A stretch of 64,000 nt of DNA from Cycas panzhihuaensis (lineage: Eukaryota; Plantae; Cycadophyta), in contig CM041465.1 of NCBI GenBank assembly GCA_023213395.1, positions 39,687,741 to 39,751,740 on the forward strand, written 5' to 3'. Numbering within the stretch: the first letter of the stretch is position 1; the number at the start of each line of letters is the position of its first letter. The translations under genes and the position numbers were made by a program. The notes under the pieces are model-generated. The model made no database searches, was not told the origin of the DNA, and saw only the letters and a program-made list of their open reading frames with translations. Shown here piece after piece: positions 52,825 through 64,000 of this stretch.

Positions 52825-55800
52825 ATTATTTGGGCATACTTTTTAGTGAATTTCCTATAATATCCATTCATTCTTAGAAAACCCTTTACTTGCTTAATTA
52901 TATTTAAAATTAGAAGAATTATAGACAGTTTATTTGAATCTTTTAGAGTCCTGTTATCATAGTATACCCAAATAATGATTTAAATAGGACTGTGAAGGTG
53001 AACTTATCTTGATTTAAGTATAGGTTATTTCTTCTATAACTTTCTAGCATCAACTTAAGATTGTCTATATAAATTTTCATCAAAATATACAAAGTCCAAT
53101 CATCCAAGAATAGTTTAATTGCCTTTCTTAATATATAGAAAAAAATATTTAGTATGGCCTTTAGAAAGTGATTAGTGCATTGGTCAAGCTAAAAAGCATG
53201 ACCCTATAGACATATGTGCCACACTTAGTTACAAAGGTGGTTTTCATCTGGTCTTTAGGGGCTATCCTAACTTGATTTTATCCATTGAATCTATTTGTGA
53301 AGGAGTAAACCTCATGGCCTATTTAAATTATCTTTTGTGAGGGGTATCAGAAATGGGTCCTTCCTTATAGACTTATTCAAGGTTCTATAATCCATATATA
53401 CCCATATTTTCCCATTTTTTTTTGGAACTACCACAATGAGACTGATCCATTCACTATTTTCCACCTTAAAAATATAGCCTACTTCTAATAGCTTATCCAA
53501 TTCCACTTTCACCTTTTCTTTGTACTTAGGGCTCATCTTATATGGGTGTTGTCTAACTAGCGTTTTCCCTTTGATCAACTCAATTTCATACTCCCCCAAT
53601 TCTGGTGGAATTTTGTTTAGGTCCTTATAAGACTGAGTGAATACATATTTATACTTCAAGAAAAGAGTTGTGGCTTGGTTGATTGTCTATGCATCCTAGT
53701 GGTCTCCCAAGGTGACTAGTTGGGGCTATTTTGTTGCTTTGATATTGATCTATTTAAGTTTTAACTACTTACCTTCAATAGATTTTCCATATTCATTTAA
53801 TTCATATGTTTGTGTCTTGTCCATTATTCTATTTCCATACCCTTTTAAGGAATATACAAAAGGGAAATTTTATGGCTTTTCTTCATCCTCCCTTTCTAAA
53901 TTACATTTAGGTTTAGAATTTATTATTATTATTTTTTAAATAGACTATACTTAGAAACATTTTATAGTTAAGTTTGTTAAATATTTTTTTAAAAATGGAC
54001 AATATATTTTGTATTTTAGATTCTTTACTTTGGTATGTAAAGGTATGATAAAAATTCTCTATTAATGATTTCCACTCTACTAACTGTGACTTTTCATAGT
54101 GTTGGTACCAAGTTAAAGAAATTTCTTTAAAAGTTCCTGCACGTAAGTGAGTCCACTCATGTTTAGAGATATTATTCTCCTTCCATGCTTAGACACATCA
54201 TTCAATATATATGTGGGAATTATCCCCATTATTGAACCTTGCAAGTTTCAAATTTTGGTTTTAGAATTGATTCAAAATTTTATGACATAAATCATTCTAA
54301 TTCTTAATTTGAACATAATAAGCATTATACTAAGCAAAGATTTTCCCTATTAGGGACAAAAAAATTCTAAATGTCTTCTTGCTTTTTTTTTTTTTTTTTC
54401 TAAACTTGAATACATGTTTCCAAGTGTTTTTTTAGCATTGCCTACTTGCCCCCAAAATTGCAAGAAATCTTTAAGAATCTCACTAAATAACTTAGGGTTA
54501 TCTTGAATCACTTATAAGTGTTAAATCTCTTTTGACCAGATTTTCTCTATTTCTTTTTTAAAAATATAGATCGGTCTTTTCTTTTGTTGTTTTGCTATCA
54601 AATCCATGTCTTCTTTATCTTTTGAGAAGTGAGGACATATCTCTAGATGATAGTAATTCATTGAGTATATTTCTTCCCATGCATTTTGCAACTAATTACG
54701 CATATGGGAAAATGATGCCTTACTAGGTAGTGTGGACTATACCTAATAAGTTGTCTTTGAACACAAGCTCACTATTGGGATCTATATTGGCTATGGTGGA
54801 GGAACCCTTTTTCATATCTTCAACTTTTTCAATGTGGGGGTTATTTAAACACAGGGGTAGGGTCACTACTTTCCCTACAACTAGTAATATAAATGTATTT
54901 CTTCTTGAATCCTGAATTGCTTTGATAGTCAACAACCATGGTCTACTAATTAGAGTTAGATAGGTCTTCTTCTAATTTTGTGTATAAACTATTGCAAAGT
55001 TCATTAACATAGTTATACATGTTACTATAATTAGGACATTCATCAAGAGTCTCCATTGGTCTTACTTGTAGGTGGTTGACTGGCATAATAGAATAGTCTA
55101 GGGAAACTACTTTTGGCCTTCCCAATGTTATCCATGATGTCTTTGGCAATATATTCATGCCTAATCCTCCATCCATAATGGTTTTATATAATGATGTTCA
55201 TAAAGTTGCCATCAGAACTCATAGGTCCACCACAGTGTCTTTCAATGCCCTTAATACTGGCTTCTTAATTTGATCTAATACAATCAACTGGAAATATCTT
55301 GCTTCCTACCATTTAAAGATTGTAATAATTAGAATGGTCACTCCTAACTCTATTAGTAAATCCCAAACTAATTAGAGTTGTTGTGAAGACTCCTAAGGAG
55401 CTATCCTCCTTTCGTAGGCCTACCCTTTGAAACAATACTCCTATTGATTCTCTTTATTTTATACTTCATTCATGACTTATTGGAGTCATTCCTTCTCCAC
55501 TAGACATTCTAGAAAATTCCCTATTATAGGGTGTAGTCAATACCTTCCCACTCTAGGTCTACATATAGGAATGAATCTCCTTATCTAACACTTAGTAAGG
55601 AAATTGATCATCTATATTTTAACATTTTTTGGGACAGTTAGCCCATTCATGCTCATTTGGCCTAGATTCTTCATAAATAAAATTGCCTCATTTTTTTCTG
55701 TAGTGGTCATTCATATCTAAAAAGGCCCCATATTTAACATAAAATGCATCAGATTGCCTTAGTCTTTCCTTTATATTATTTTCCTATTCCTTGATTAGAT

Positions 55801-56750
55801 TTTTAGAAAAACACATTATGAATTTCTCCTTTAGAGCCTTTAGGGCCTTGTCTAAAGAAATGCTCTCATGTATTATAGTTGGTTCTCCTATAATTATCAC
55901 ACTAGTTCATTGATCCTTAATGCTCATTTCTCAAGTGACCTTATTGATTATAGGGTAGAGGGCACCATATATTATCTTTATATTTCTCCAAACATAGATG
56001 GGCTAATTTTATTTGTAGCTTTTTAATTTCTTGATTTTGTTGCATTCCTACTGGTATTAACATTGGTGGTAGTTGTTTAAGTGCTTCTATTTCTTGCCTT
56101 AGGGCTTCAATCTCCAAAATTAGGCCCATGTATTAAGTCTAAATTATCTACTAACCATTCATTTTATATTACTTCAAATTCACACCCACTTGAGGTATTT
56201 AATGAAAATTAGGTTCTATTTGAAGGGTTAAACTCAATTCTACCACTAACTACAAATATGTTAATTTCATCTAGTTCTCAAATTTTAGTTTTAATTTTTG
56301 TACTTATTCATAATTATGCATTGGGTGTAATGTTACCTTGTCCCTGAGTTAGGGGATCAACCCCTAAATAAAATATTTCATTATAAGCCTTGGGTTGATT
56401 GGGGCTAACATATCCATCTTGTTCATAATGTTTCTCATCTGTCCATCAAAATTATTAACTACTCTTGGAAGTTGTCTAATTTCTTCTAGTGCCTAAAATA
56501 TTGTTATTAGGTCCTTGAGTTTTTTTAATTGATCCATAAAATATATTTGTAATTTATCTTAGGTTAAATTCTATGTTGAAGCATATTGGAACCATGATAT
56601 TGCACCTCCTTATAATGTTGAAAAAAATTTGGCCCTTATTTCATCTGGGCCTTGAATCTTTTTAATTTTTAACATATAAGAAATAAGATCACCTCCACCT
56701 ACATTCATCAGTAATGATGTGCTCTACCATGGGCTTCCTTCTCCTATAAT
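52825..56750 (-). pseudogene. H gag, protease, spacer and RT
   Basis: RT ORF 53312-53659 (PYKMSPKY..WISLIVVVPKKNGKIWVYMDYRTLNKSIRKDPF); PR ORF 54946-55176 (MDGGLGMNILP); gag remnants ~55600-56700. Confidence 0.92.
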
Positions 56751-57411
56751 CATCCCTCCTCTTAATAATGGTGAAGTACTATTAACACCTAATGTGCTTC
56801 CCATTTGACTCAAACTTCCTTCCATCGATGGGAAATAGGGTTCTGATAGAATTAACCAAATAAGTGCTTTGCTCATCTTATCAAAGAGGGGATTAAAAAT
56901 ATGGGTAAGAGGAGTTTTGATCTCTACTAGGTGATTGTTCCACCTTCTACTTATTGCACTGTATAATTTCACTACTATAGAATTATTTTCATCACTTGAT
57001 GTTATAATTTCACTTATTGGTCCTTTATTCATTGATTGTACTTATAATTTTTTATCAGTGACTAGGTCCTCTTCTAATACACACTATTAGTTTTTCTCTT
57101 CTATTTAGATTGCCACTTTCTAAGTAAGGGTTTTAATTACTATCACTTCAACCTAGTTATCTTTTTCCAACTTGTCTTTTAGAATTGGCTTCCTCTCTTT
57201 TGTCAATCCCATAAGTGGTTGTCTCTCCACATGCCTTTTTAATATAATTAAAAACCTAGGTTTACACACTCCTACTTGTGTTTTATCATTTGCCTTGCTC
57301 TTAATGTGTCTTAGCTTTTTTCTCTAAAAGAACCCTTGGTGGCATGGAAGAAAGACCAACCTTATTTACTCAGCCCTGATCATCTCTATCTTGTGCTATC
57401 TTTTTTCCTTA

Positions 57412-57434
57412 GGTTCAGTAGGGCAACAAAACCA
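57412..57434 (-). promoter_or_regulatory. PBS of H, probably complementary to tRNA-Glu
   Basis: Minus strand reads TGGTTTTGTTGCCCTACTGAACC. The complement of the plant tRNA-Glu 3' end, as recalled, is TGGTTCCGTTGCCGGGACTCGAACC. Confidence 0.65.
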
Positions 57435-58114
57435 ATGTATGTTATGCTACCTATGCATATAATTATTGATTGCCCATGTAGATAGAATAAGCACAATGAT
57501 TGAAAGATACAAATCAATAGGGAAATATAAACTAGAACTCTTTATTTAAGAGGGTGTTGCATCTAGTCATTTCACAAGTAGACATAGCCTTGAATAGTAC
57601 AATTAGGAGACTACTACAAAAGTATAATGTTACGATGCTATAATAAGGACATAAGAAAATCCTATTGTACAAGAATAAACATGCATATCAATCATTTGAT
57701 CTTTACTTATATAAGAAAATACATTTGATTATATCAATCAAGGGTTAGATTGCACTTTGGATTCCACTTGGACTATGATCCATTAGCTAGTTGCACCTTT
57801 GATCGAACCTATAATTGCAATTAATGTCCTAGTCATACTTGGAGTCTCACCTATAATGCGAAAGACATTCTAATCATACTTCCAAGTGACACTTATACTA
57901 TGATTGGTAATTCAATCATACTTAAAGTTGCACCTGAACTATGATTAGAGCTTGGATCACACCTTTAACTATGATCAAGTCATTGATTGCACCTCTAATA
58001 GGATCTTTAACTGTGATCTAAATCCTAATTATTCCTTTGATTGTGCTTTTCCTTTAGAATTGTACTCCCAAATTCTAGAATTCTTCCTTGAATATTTCAT
58101 TCACACACATAAAT

Positions 58115-60480
58115 CCCTCAATAAGGCCACAAAAAGGGACCCATTCCCTATTCTTTTTATTAAGGATGTCTTAGAGAAGGTAGTAGATCACAAGGTTTTT
58201 TCATTCATGAATGAATTTAGTGGTTATAATCAGCTAAGAATAGCCCTTGAATATTAGTTAAAGATAACCTTTATGATATAGTAGGGCATGCATGCCTATC
58301 ATGTCATGCCTTTTGGATTAAAAAATGCATTGACTACCTTTTAAAGAGTAAATATGAACATTTTTTGATAAGTAATTAAAAAAATAATTGATTTTTTTGA
58401 ATGATTGAACCTTTTATAGTCTTATAAAAAATCATTTGAATAATATTAGACTATTATTATAAATATATAAAAGGAATGATCAATGTGTAAGTCCTAACAA
58501 TGTACTTAATGGTACCCTTTATTTTATTGTTAGGGCATATTATTACCAAATAAGGGCTACTTATAAACACATCAAAAGTTAGGATAATTTTAAAATTTTC
58601 AATATTAAAAATTATAAAGAATCTTAAGGGTTGCTTAGGCATGATCAGTTCTTATCATAAGTTCATTAAGGAATATGCCTAAATTGTTAATACCCTAGAA
58701 TCTTTGTTGAAGAAAAAGACAACATGGCAATGGGCTCTGAAGCATCAATTAGATTTTGGTTTGTTGTAAAAGCAAGTAGCACAAGCTCCAATATTGAGGT
58801 TCTCTACTTGGGAAAAGTTATTTTATGTGCACAGGGATACATCCTTGTATGTGATTGGTTGTGTGTTGGTGAAATCATTAGAAAATAATATTGGCTTGCT
58901 TGTATATTTTATAAGTAGAAAGTTGACACATGCTAAATAAAACTATGTGGTTATATAAAGGGAAGGATTGGGAATTGTGTATGATTTGCAAAAATCCAAA
59001 CATTATTTACTAGAAAATGCATTCATGTTTTATAATATTTGATCAATAAATGAATATTGCAAGATAGAATTAGTTGATAGTTGATGTTGTTTCAAGAGTT
59101 TAGTTTTAAAATTATAATAAAGAAAGAGGAAAAATAAATAATTCTAGATTAACAATCTCACATCATAGAAGGAGAAGTAGTGGGGGTGTATGATGATTTT
59201 CTAAACACCAAGTTGTTTTCAATAGTGACAATACCAACTTGGTAAGTGATTGCTTAATACTTGATGACAATCCAAACTCTAATAAGACTAGATCAAGTAG
59301 AGTGATGGAGTTCCATGAAAAAAAAATTTACCCTTTCGAATATTCTAAGGTATACTTTATAAAGTAGGAGCTAATGGAGTTTTGTCCCAATGTGCTCTAG
59401 AACATGAAGTGGAATTGATGATAAGGAAAGTTCACAAAGGGGTTGCAACCAGGCATCAAGGGAAAAAAACGCTACAAGAAAAAAATTGTTGGTAGGATTA
59501 TAATGACCCACCTTCTTTGAAGATATCGATAATAGGTAAAATCTTGTAGTGTATGCCAATAAATAAGGAGGCCCAGTAAGCACTATTTTATGTCCTTGCA
59601 ACCAATTTTATCTCATGCTCCATTAAATAAATGGAAATTAGATTTCATTGGCCTAATCAACCCTCTAACCTATTGTACTAATGCTAAGTATATTTTGGTA
59701 ACCATGGATTTTATGAAAAAATTGATAAAGACAAAACCAATAAGGCATTGCAATGACCAGAGAAAAGCTTAATAAATTAGTAATTTATAATGATTATATT
59801 TAGATGTCCACTAAAATTTGTCTTAGATTAGGGGAGTAGTTTTCTAAATAAAATAATAAAACATCTCACCTTTGAATTCTTGATCCATCACAAGAATTCT
59901 ACATAATATTATCTAAGGGTGAATAGACAATTGGAGAGCACAAATAAAATTTTAAAAATTTCTCTTACTAATATTTGTAATGTTGGTAGGATATATTAGA
60001 TAAAAAGATTGCACAATCTTTTGTGGGTAGATAGAACAATGCAAAAAAAGGTCTCATAAGCAAACATTATTTCAATTAGTTTATGGGATTGAAATTGTGG
60101 TACCACTATAATTCCAAGTAGAGAGTATATGAGTAGCAAATTAGTTATGAATGAATAAGCAAGAATTAAAGGACCAACTACATCTTGACTTAATGAGGTT
60201 AGATGAACAGTGAGCTCAAGATCTATGGGAAATGAATGTGGAGAAAACAAGAAGAAAGCTCTAACATGATAGGAATCTTAAAAAACCTTAATTCCAAGTA
60301 GGCAATTTAGTAATTTTATATGATAGTAAATTTTAGATAAAATTAGGAAAGATAAAGCTTAGATGGATAGGCCCATATAAAGTTTAATAGATTTGGCAAA
60401 AGGGAGTTGTCTAACTTAGACAATTAGGCAATAAGATATTGACTAGTATATTCAATAGAAGCAAGTTAAAATTATACTTT
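58115..60480 (+). pseudogene. G RT (C-terminal part), RNase H and integrase
   Basis: LNKATKRDPFPI..FSGYNQLRIA, YHVMPFGLKNA, QAPIL, KWKLDFIGLINP, RWIGPYKV. Confidence 0.92.
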
Positions 60481-60819
60481 TATTAAAAAAGAAAAAGGGA
60501 ACACAAACCAAGGGGATAATAATCCTAAGTCATTATTGATATTCCAATAGGAGGGATAGGTATAAGGATGATTACAACCTGATATGAAATTATGAAGTTA
60601 GAATCTTTATCATGATTGGGGAAAACAAAATGGAAAGACATGATAAGATAGAGAAGTGATAGACAACTAATTAAGATAATTCATTGGTTGAATGGTTTTT
60701 CATGTCAAAATCATTATGAGTAATCTCTACTACCCTTAGCACGTAGATTCATTATGTTACCACTCTTATATTAATAAGTAAAGACGAAGATAGTTATATA
60801 ATTTAAAGTAATCAAGTGA

Positions 60820-61619
60820 AGAATGAAGGAATGGTAAAAATGGAAAAACTCACTCAGATTAACATTGCATTGTAAGAAACTAATCATGCTCGCATTCAGT
60901 CATAATGTAAGGGAATGAAATTTGAAGATCCACAAAAGCAAGCTTTAATCTTAGTAGGTTTATCCCAATTTATTTCCATGATAGTCTTTAGAATATCTGT
61001 GAAATTCTTAACTCTAGCAACAATGATGGTGGCATTCCAACCATTAATTTTAAATTTCTCCATTGAAGTAATCTCTACCTTGATAAAACTCCTAATGGAT
61101 GGCATGGAAATCCCACACAATAAACAAATTCTGTGTGAGTAGATGACAAAATAATTAAGAGTGGACAAAGCCAAATTTTAAGTTCAAACATAAATATTAT
61201 AGGAATCTCTTCTAAACAAATGAGATGGATAACTCATTTCTTATTTCCTAGAGTGATTATGGGCTAGAAAATTTACTTTGTGTTGACTAAGCTCCATTCC
61301 TTACTGTTACGAGTATTACAAAGTAAAAGTTTTAATTAGGTAAGATTTGTTTCCAAGAGATTTCAAAAGAATTTAGAAAGCATAAAGGGTGTTGGATAAT
61401 TAATGATGTTCTTCTAGCCAACATTGATATAAGCGCTATTGTTTTTGCAATGGTTTGATATTTAAATACTGGCTTTTGAGGAAGGGAAAACATAGTTGGA
61501 AAAATGACCTAATTATATAAAAGGGAAAATGCCAACTCTCAAGATTCCTGGGAATTGGTTCAAGCACATGAGGTTATAAAGAGATAGCTATAATAAAGAT
61601 GGAAAAAGATAGTAAGGGT
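60820..61619 (+). pseudogene. Extra ORF downstream of pol in G, truncated by M
   Basis: ORF 60915-61142 and, after a frameshift, ..MRWITHFLFPRVIMG*KIYFVLTKLHSLLLRVLQSKSFN*VRFVSKRFQKNLESIKGVG*LMMFF*PTLI; aligns with the H extra ORF. Confidence 0.75.
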
Positions 61620-64000
61620 TGTTGACTTCCTCTGATCATAAGATTGAGCACTTATCAAGGAAACACTTCCAGTAGTCTAGGATTAGACTCTTAGTTAATT
61701 TATGGGTTAATCACACATAGTGTTAACATGGCAGTTGTTTGTTAAGTCACTAGTTAATATTAATGTGGTTTAACTAATCATGATTATCAAAATGGTGTGA
61801 GATATTCATAGGGTCATAATCCTTGTTGAATGACACCTCTTGTAAGGATATTTATATCTTAGAGCCCTTGTATATTAATCAATTCAATCAACTGTAATCA
61901 ATGTTATCTAAAGGATCTTTTATAGTGGGTTTTTTTCTTAAAGGTTTTCTCACATAAATCTTATGTACTATGCATCTGTATTATGTATATCTTTGTTTAC
62001 TTACTATGTATAGTTAAAGATTCTATGGATAGGAATATATATATATGAATTTATGTTCCTTAACATGGTATTAAACCTATAGGGTCCTACATAACTAAAG
62101 CCAAAAGTTGGGTGGACCAGTGAGATCAATAGTTGCCAGGTAACATCACCAAACCCAAGACATGTCTTAAGGATCCATCTACTCTAATAATGTGTAGAAG
62201 AAGGCACAACTATCAATGGTGGTTGAGGAGGTGAAAATTACTAATCAACAAAGAAAAGGGTCAGTTGTGGTCAATACTCAGATATGAAAGCCATGTACAT
62301 GGAGAGTGTTGGCTTATTGGGGGTCATCTGAAGCTGGTTAGTGAATGGATATACTATTGAAGCCAGCAAAAGTATGTTATAATGGAGATCAAATAATATT
62401 AAGGATATCCATATATCAAACTAGTAAGTTGGATCATTTTTTATCTAAGTTGCTCTGTATGTGATATTGAATTATTACTATACTTCAACTAGAAGGCGTG
62501 TACTATATGTGGGGCTAGATTATACCTTGTAGAAGTGTTTTTCTACCCTCTATTAGTTGGTTGGACCATCCTTTACCAACTAATACTTGTTTGAAGTCCG
62601 TTTTGTTGGGTATCACTATTTGGGTGACTTTGGATAAGTGTGTAGCACTCCTTTTCTCCATGAGTGTGTATTTTACTCTAGAAAGGGGTCAGCCCTAGTT
62701 TGGACTATGGTTAATATACTATAAAAGGATCCTTACCACCTATAAGGACACGAGTACTCTAATTGATGCATGAGTGACCTATGTTTCTACATGGCTACGA
62801 TGAGTTAAGGTGGTAATGCAAGAATTATAGAAGTTCTCATAAGGTAGTATTTTGATAAAATTTAACCTTTGGTAACCTTAATACATATTTTGGCATATGT
62901 TTATTAGTGATATTTAGCATGTGTGTTGAGTTACAAAGAGTGGGTGATTACTTAAAGTCATAACTTTTAAGAATATGCCTTTTGGCATATTTCCTCCTAA
63001 AGTGACATTCTAAAAAAGACTCGCATACCATTGACTTATAAAAGATATTCAAGTGTGAAGTATTTTAAATCCAACTGATATGATTTAGAGAGATTTGTAA
63101 AGACATTTGATGTGACATCTAACTTGTAGACCATGTACTTATATTGAGATAGAGATTTCCTTATGTTCATAGCATATTCTAAAGTATTTGGAGTCCTTTT
63201 CTAAAGATTTTTTAATGCATTTTGAGCATGTTTTAGAGCTTGTTGGTGGGGGACAAATAGTTGGTGAGCTACCCAAATCATGCACAATCATTATTTTGAG
63301 TTCATTAGTGAGTGTGCTTAGGATAGAGGAGACCATAATGGTGTAATTTTATCCAAAAAGACTATAAGTTTATCAGTCTGGTGTTATTAATTAATGTGTT
63401 AAAGCCTAATTCTTAAGATGGAGCATGTGATGCCAAAAGTTATCTTCAATGACAAAAATTTCAATGAGTGGAAGACCAACATGGAGTTAGTGATGATGGT
63501 GAATCAACTCTAGGGAATTACTAAGACAAAGGTAGACACGATTCTACCTGATCATAAAGAACAAGTATGACTTGAGAAAAAGCAATTTATGGTTGTTGGA
63601 TTATTGAAATTATCACTGGCACTAGACTAGACGGCTTTGGTTTATAACTTAGAGAAGCCAGACAAAATCTGGATAAAACTACATGAAACTTTTGAGAAAA
63701 ATAAGATGAATAGATGTTATTCCCTGATGTTGGAGCTTCTCAATTCTAGTGTAGAAGATGAGACCAATATTAGTTTCTACATAAATAAGATTATTAATTT
63801 GAGAAGTAAGCTAGAAGAGTTAAAGCCAAATTTGATTGATAATGCATTCTTGTTTATAATTATCATGTCAAAGGTGTTAGTTATTTTTGGCACTTTTAAA
63901 CCATTTACGGTAGGGATGAGGTGATGGGGATAGAGCCCTTTGATGGTATTAAGAATCTTATTCTAGTAGAGGATGCTAAGTTAAAACATGATGGAATATT
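61620..64000 (+). mobile_element. Copia-type element M, 5' part (LTR, PBS, leader, gag)
   Basis: LTR ~61620-62065 (TGTTGA..TTAACA). Decayed Met PBS TGGTATTAAACC at 62066. The G extra ORF stops at the LTR start. Confidence 0.8.
63418..64000 (+). pseudogene. Copia gag of M
   Basis: MEHVMPKVIFNDKNFNEWKTNMELVM..KPDKIWIKLHETFE..ISFYINKIINLRSKL (includes ORF 63637-63924). Confidence 0.85.

Larger units (their letters stand above)
35747..58109 (-). mobile_element. Full-length decayed Gypsy element H inserted antisense in the G RT (contains I, K and L)
   Basis: LTR pair 35747-36566 and 57436-58109. PPT complement TCTCCCCC at 36567. PBS at ~57412-57434. Decayed TSD CAGAG/TAAAT, whose removal restores DYRALNKAT in G. 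Confidence 0.92.
21870..61619 (+). mobile_element. Gypsy element G, split by F, J, H and M; 3' LTR beyond the window
   Basis: Own sequence at ~21870-22481, 29631-32613, 34426-35746 and 58110-61619. Domain order gag-PR-RT-RH-IN followed by an extra ORF. Confidence 0.85.

Noticed and set aside
57412-57434. tRNA gene fragment
   Set aside because: Only the 3'-end match next to an LTR, which is a PBS; no cloverleaf.

Overview
AT-rich, CpG-depleted eukaryotic DNA, most likely from a large land-plant genome (gymnosperm- or fern-like; this is inference). I found no intact host gene, rRNA, tRNA or CRISPR array. Almost the whole window is a nest of decayed LTR retrotransposons, reconstructed by eye from LTR pairs, primer-binding sites (PBS), polypurine tracts (PPT), 5-bp target-site duplications (TSD) and reading-frame continuity. 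Copia A (1-~2690, +) comes first. Gag-only element C starts at 4588 and its 3' LTR is interrupted by Copia D (-, from 8547). D contains Copia E (9466-17044, -) and probably Gypsy G (+, from ~21870 past the window end). G contains a 4-LTR/3-internal tandem array F (22482-29630), non-coding element J (32614-34425), a related Gypsy H in opposite orientation (35747-58109) and Copia-type M (from 61620). H contains solo LTR I (37073-37478) and Copia K (41382-52819), and K contains the youngest element, gag-only L (42801-47465). Most notable: non-autonomous LTRs with a built-in second PBS, one of them in a tandem array; a Gypsy family apparently primed by tRNA-Glu with a conserved extra ORF after pol; gag-only elements with a variable, hairpin-containing cargo region; and an offset LTR end in K. 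The ORF-track entries are transposon fragments or chance ORFs. Nothing here demonstrates a new host-encoded system.
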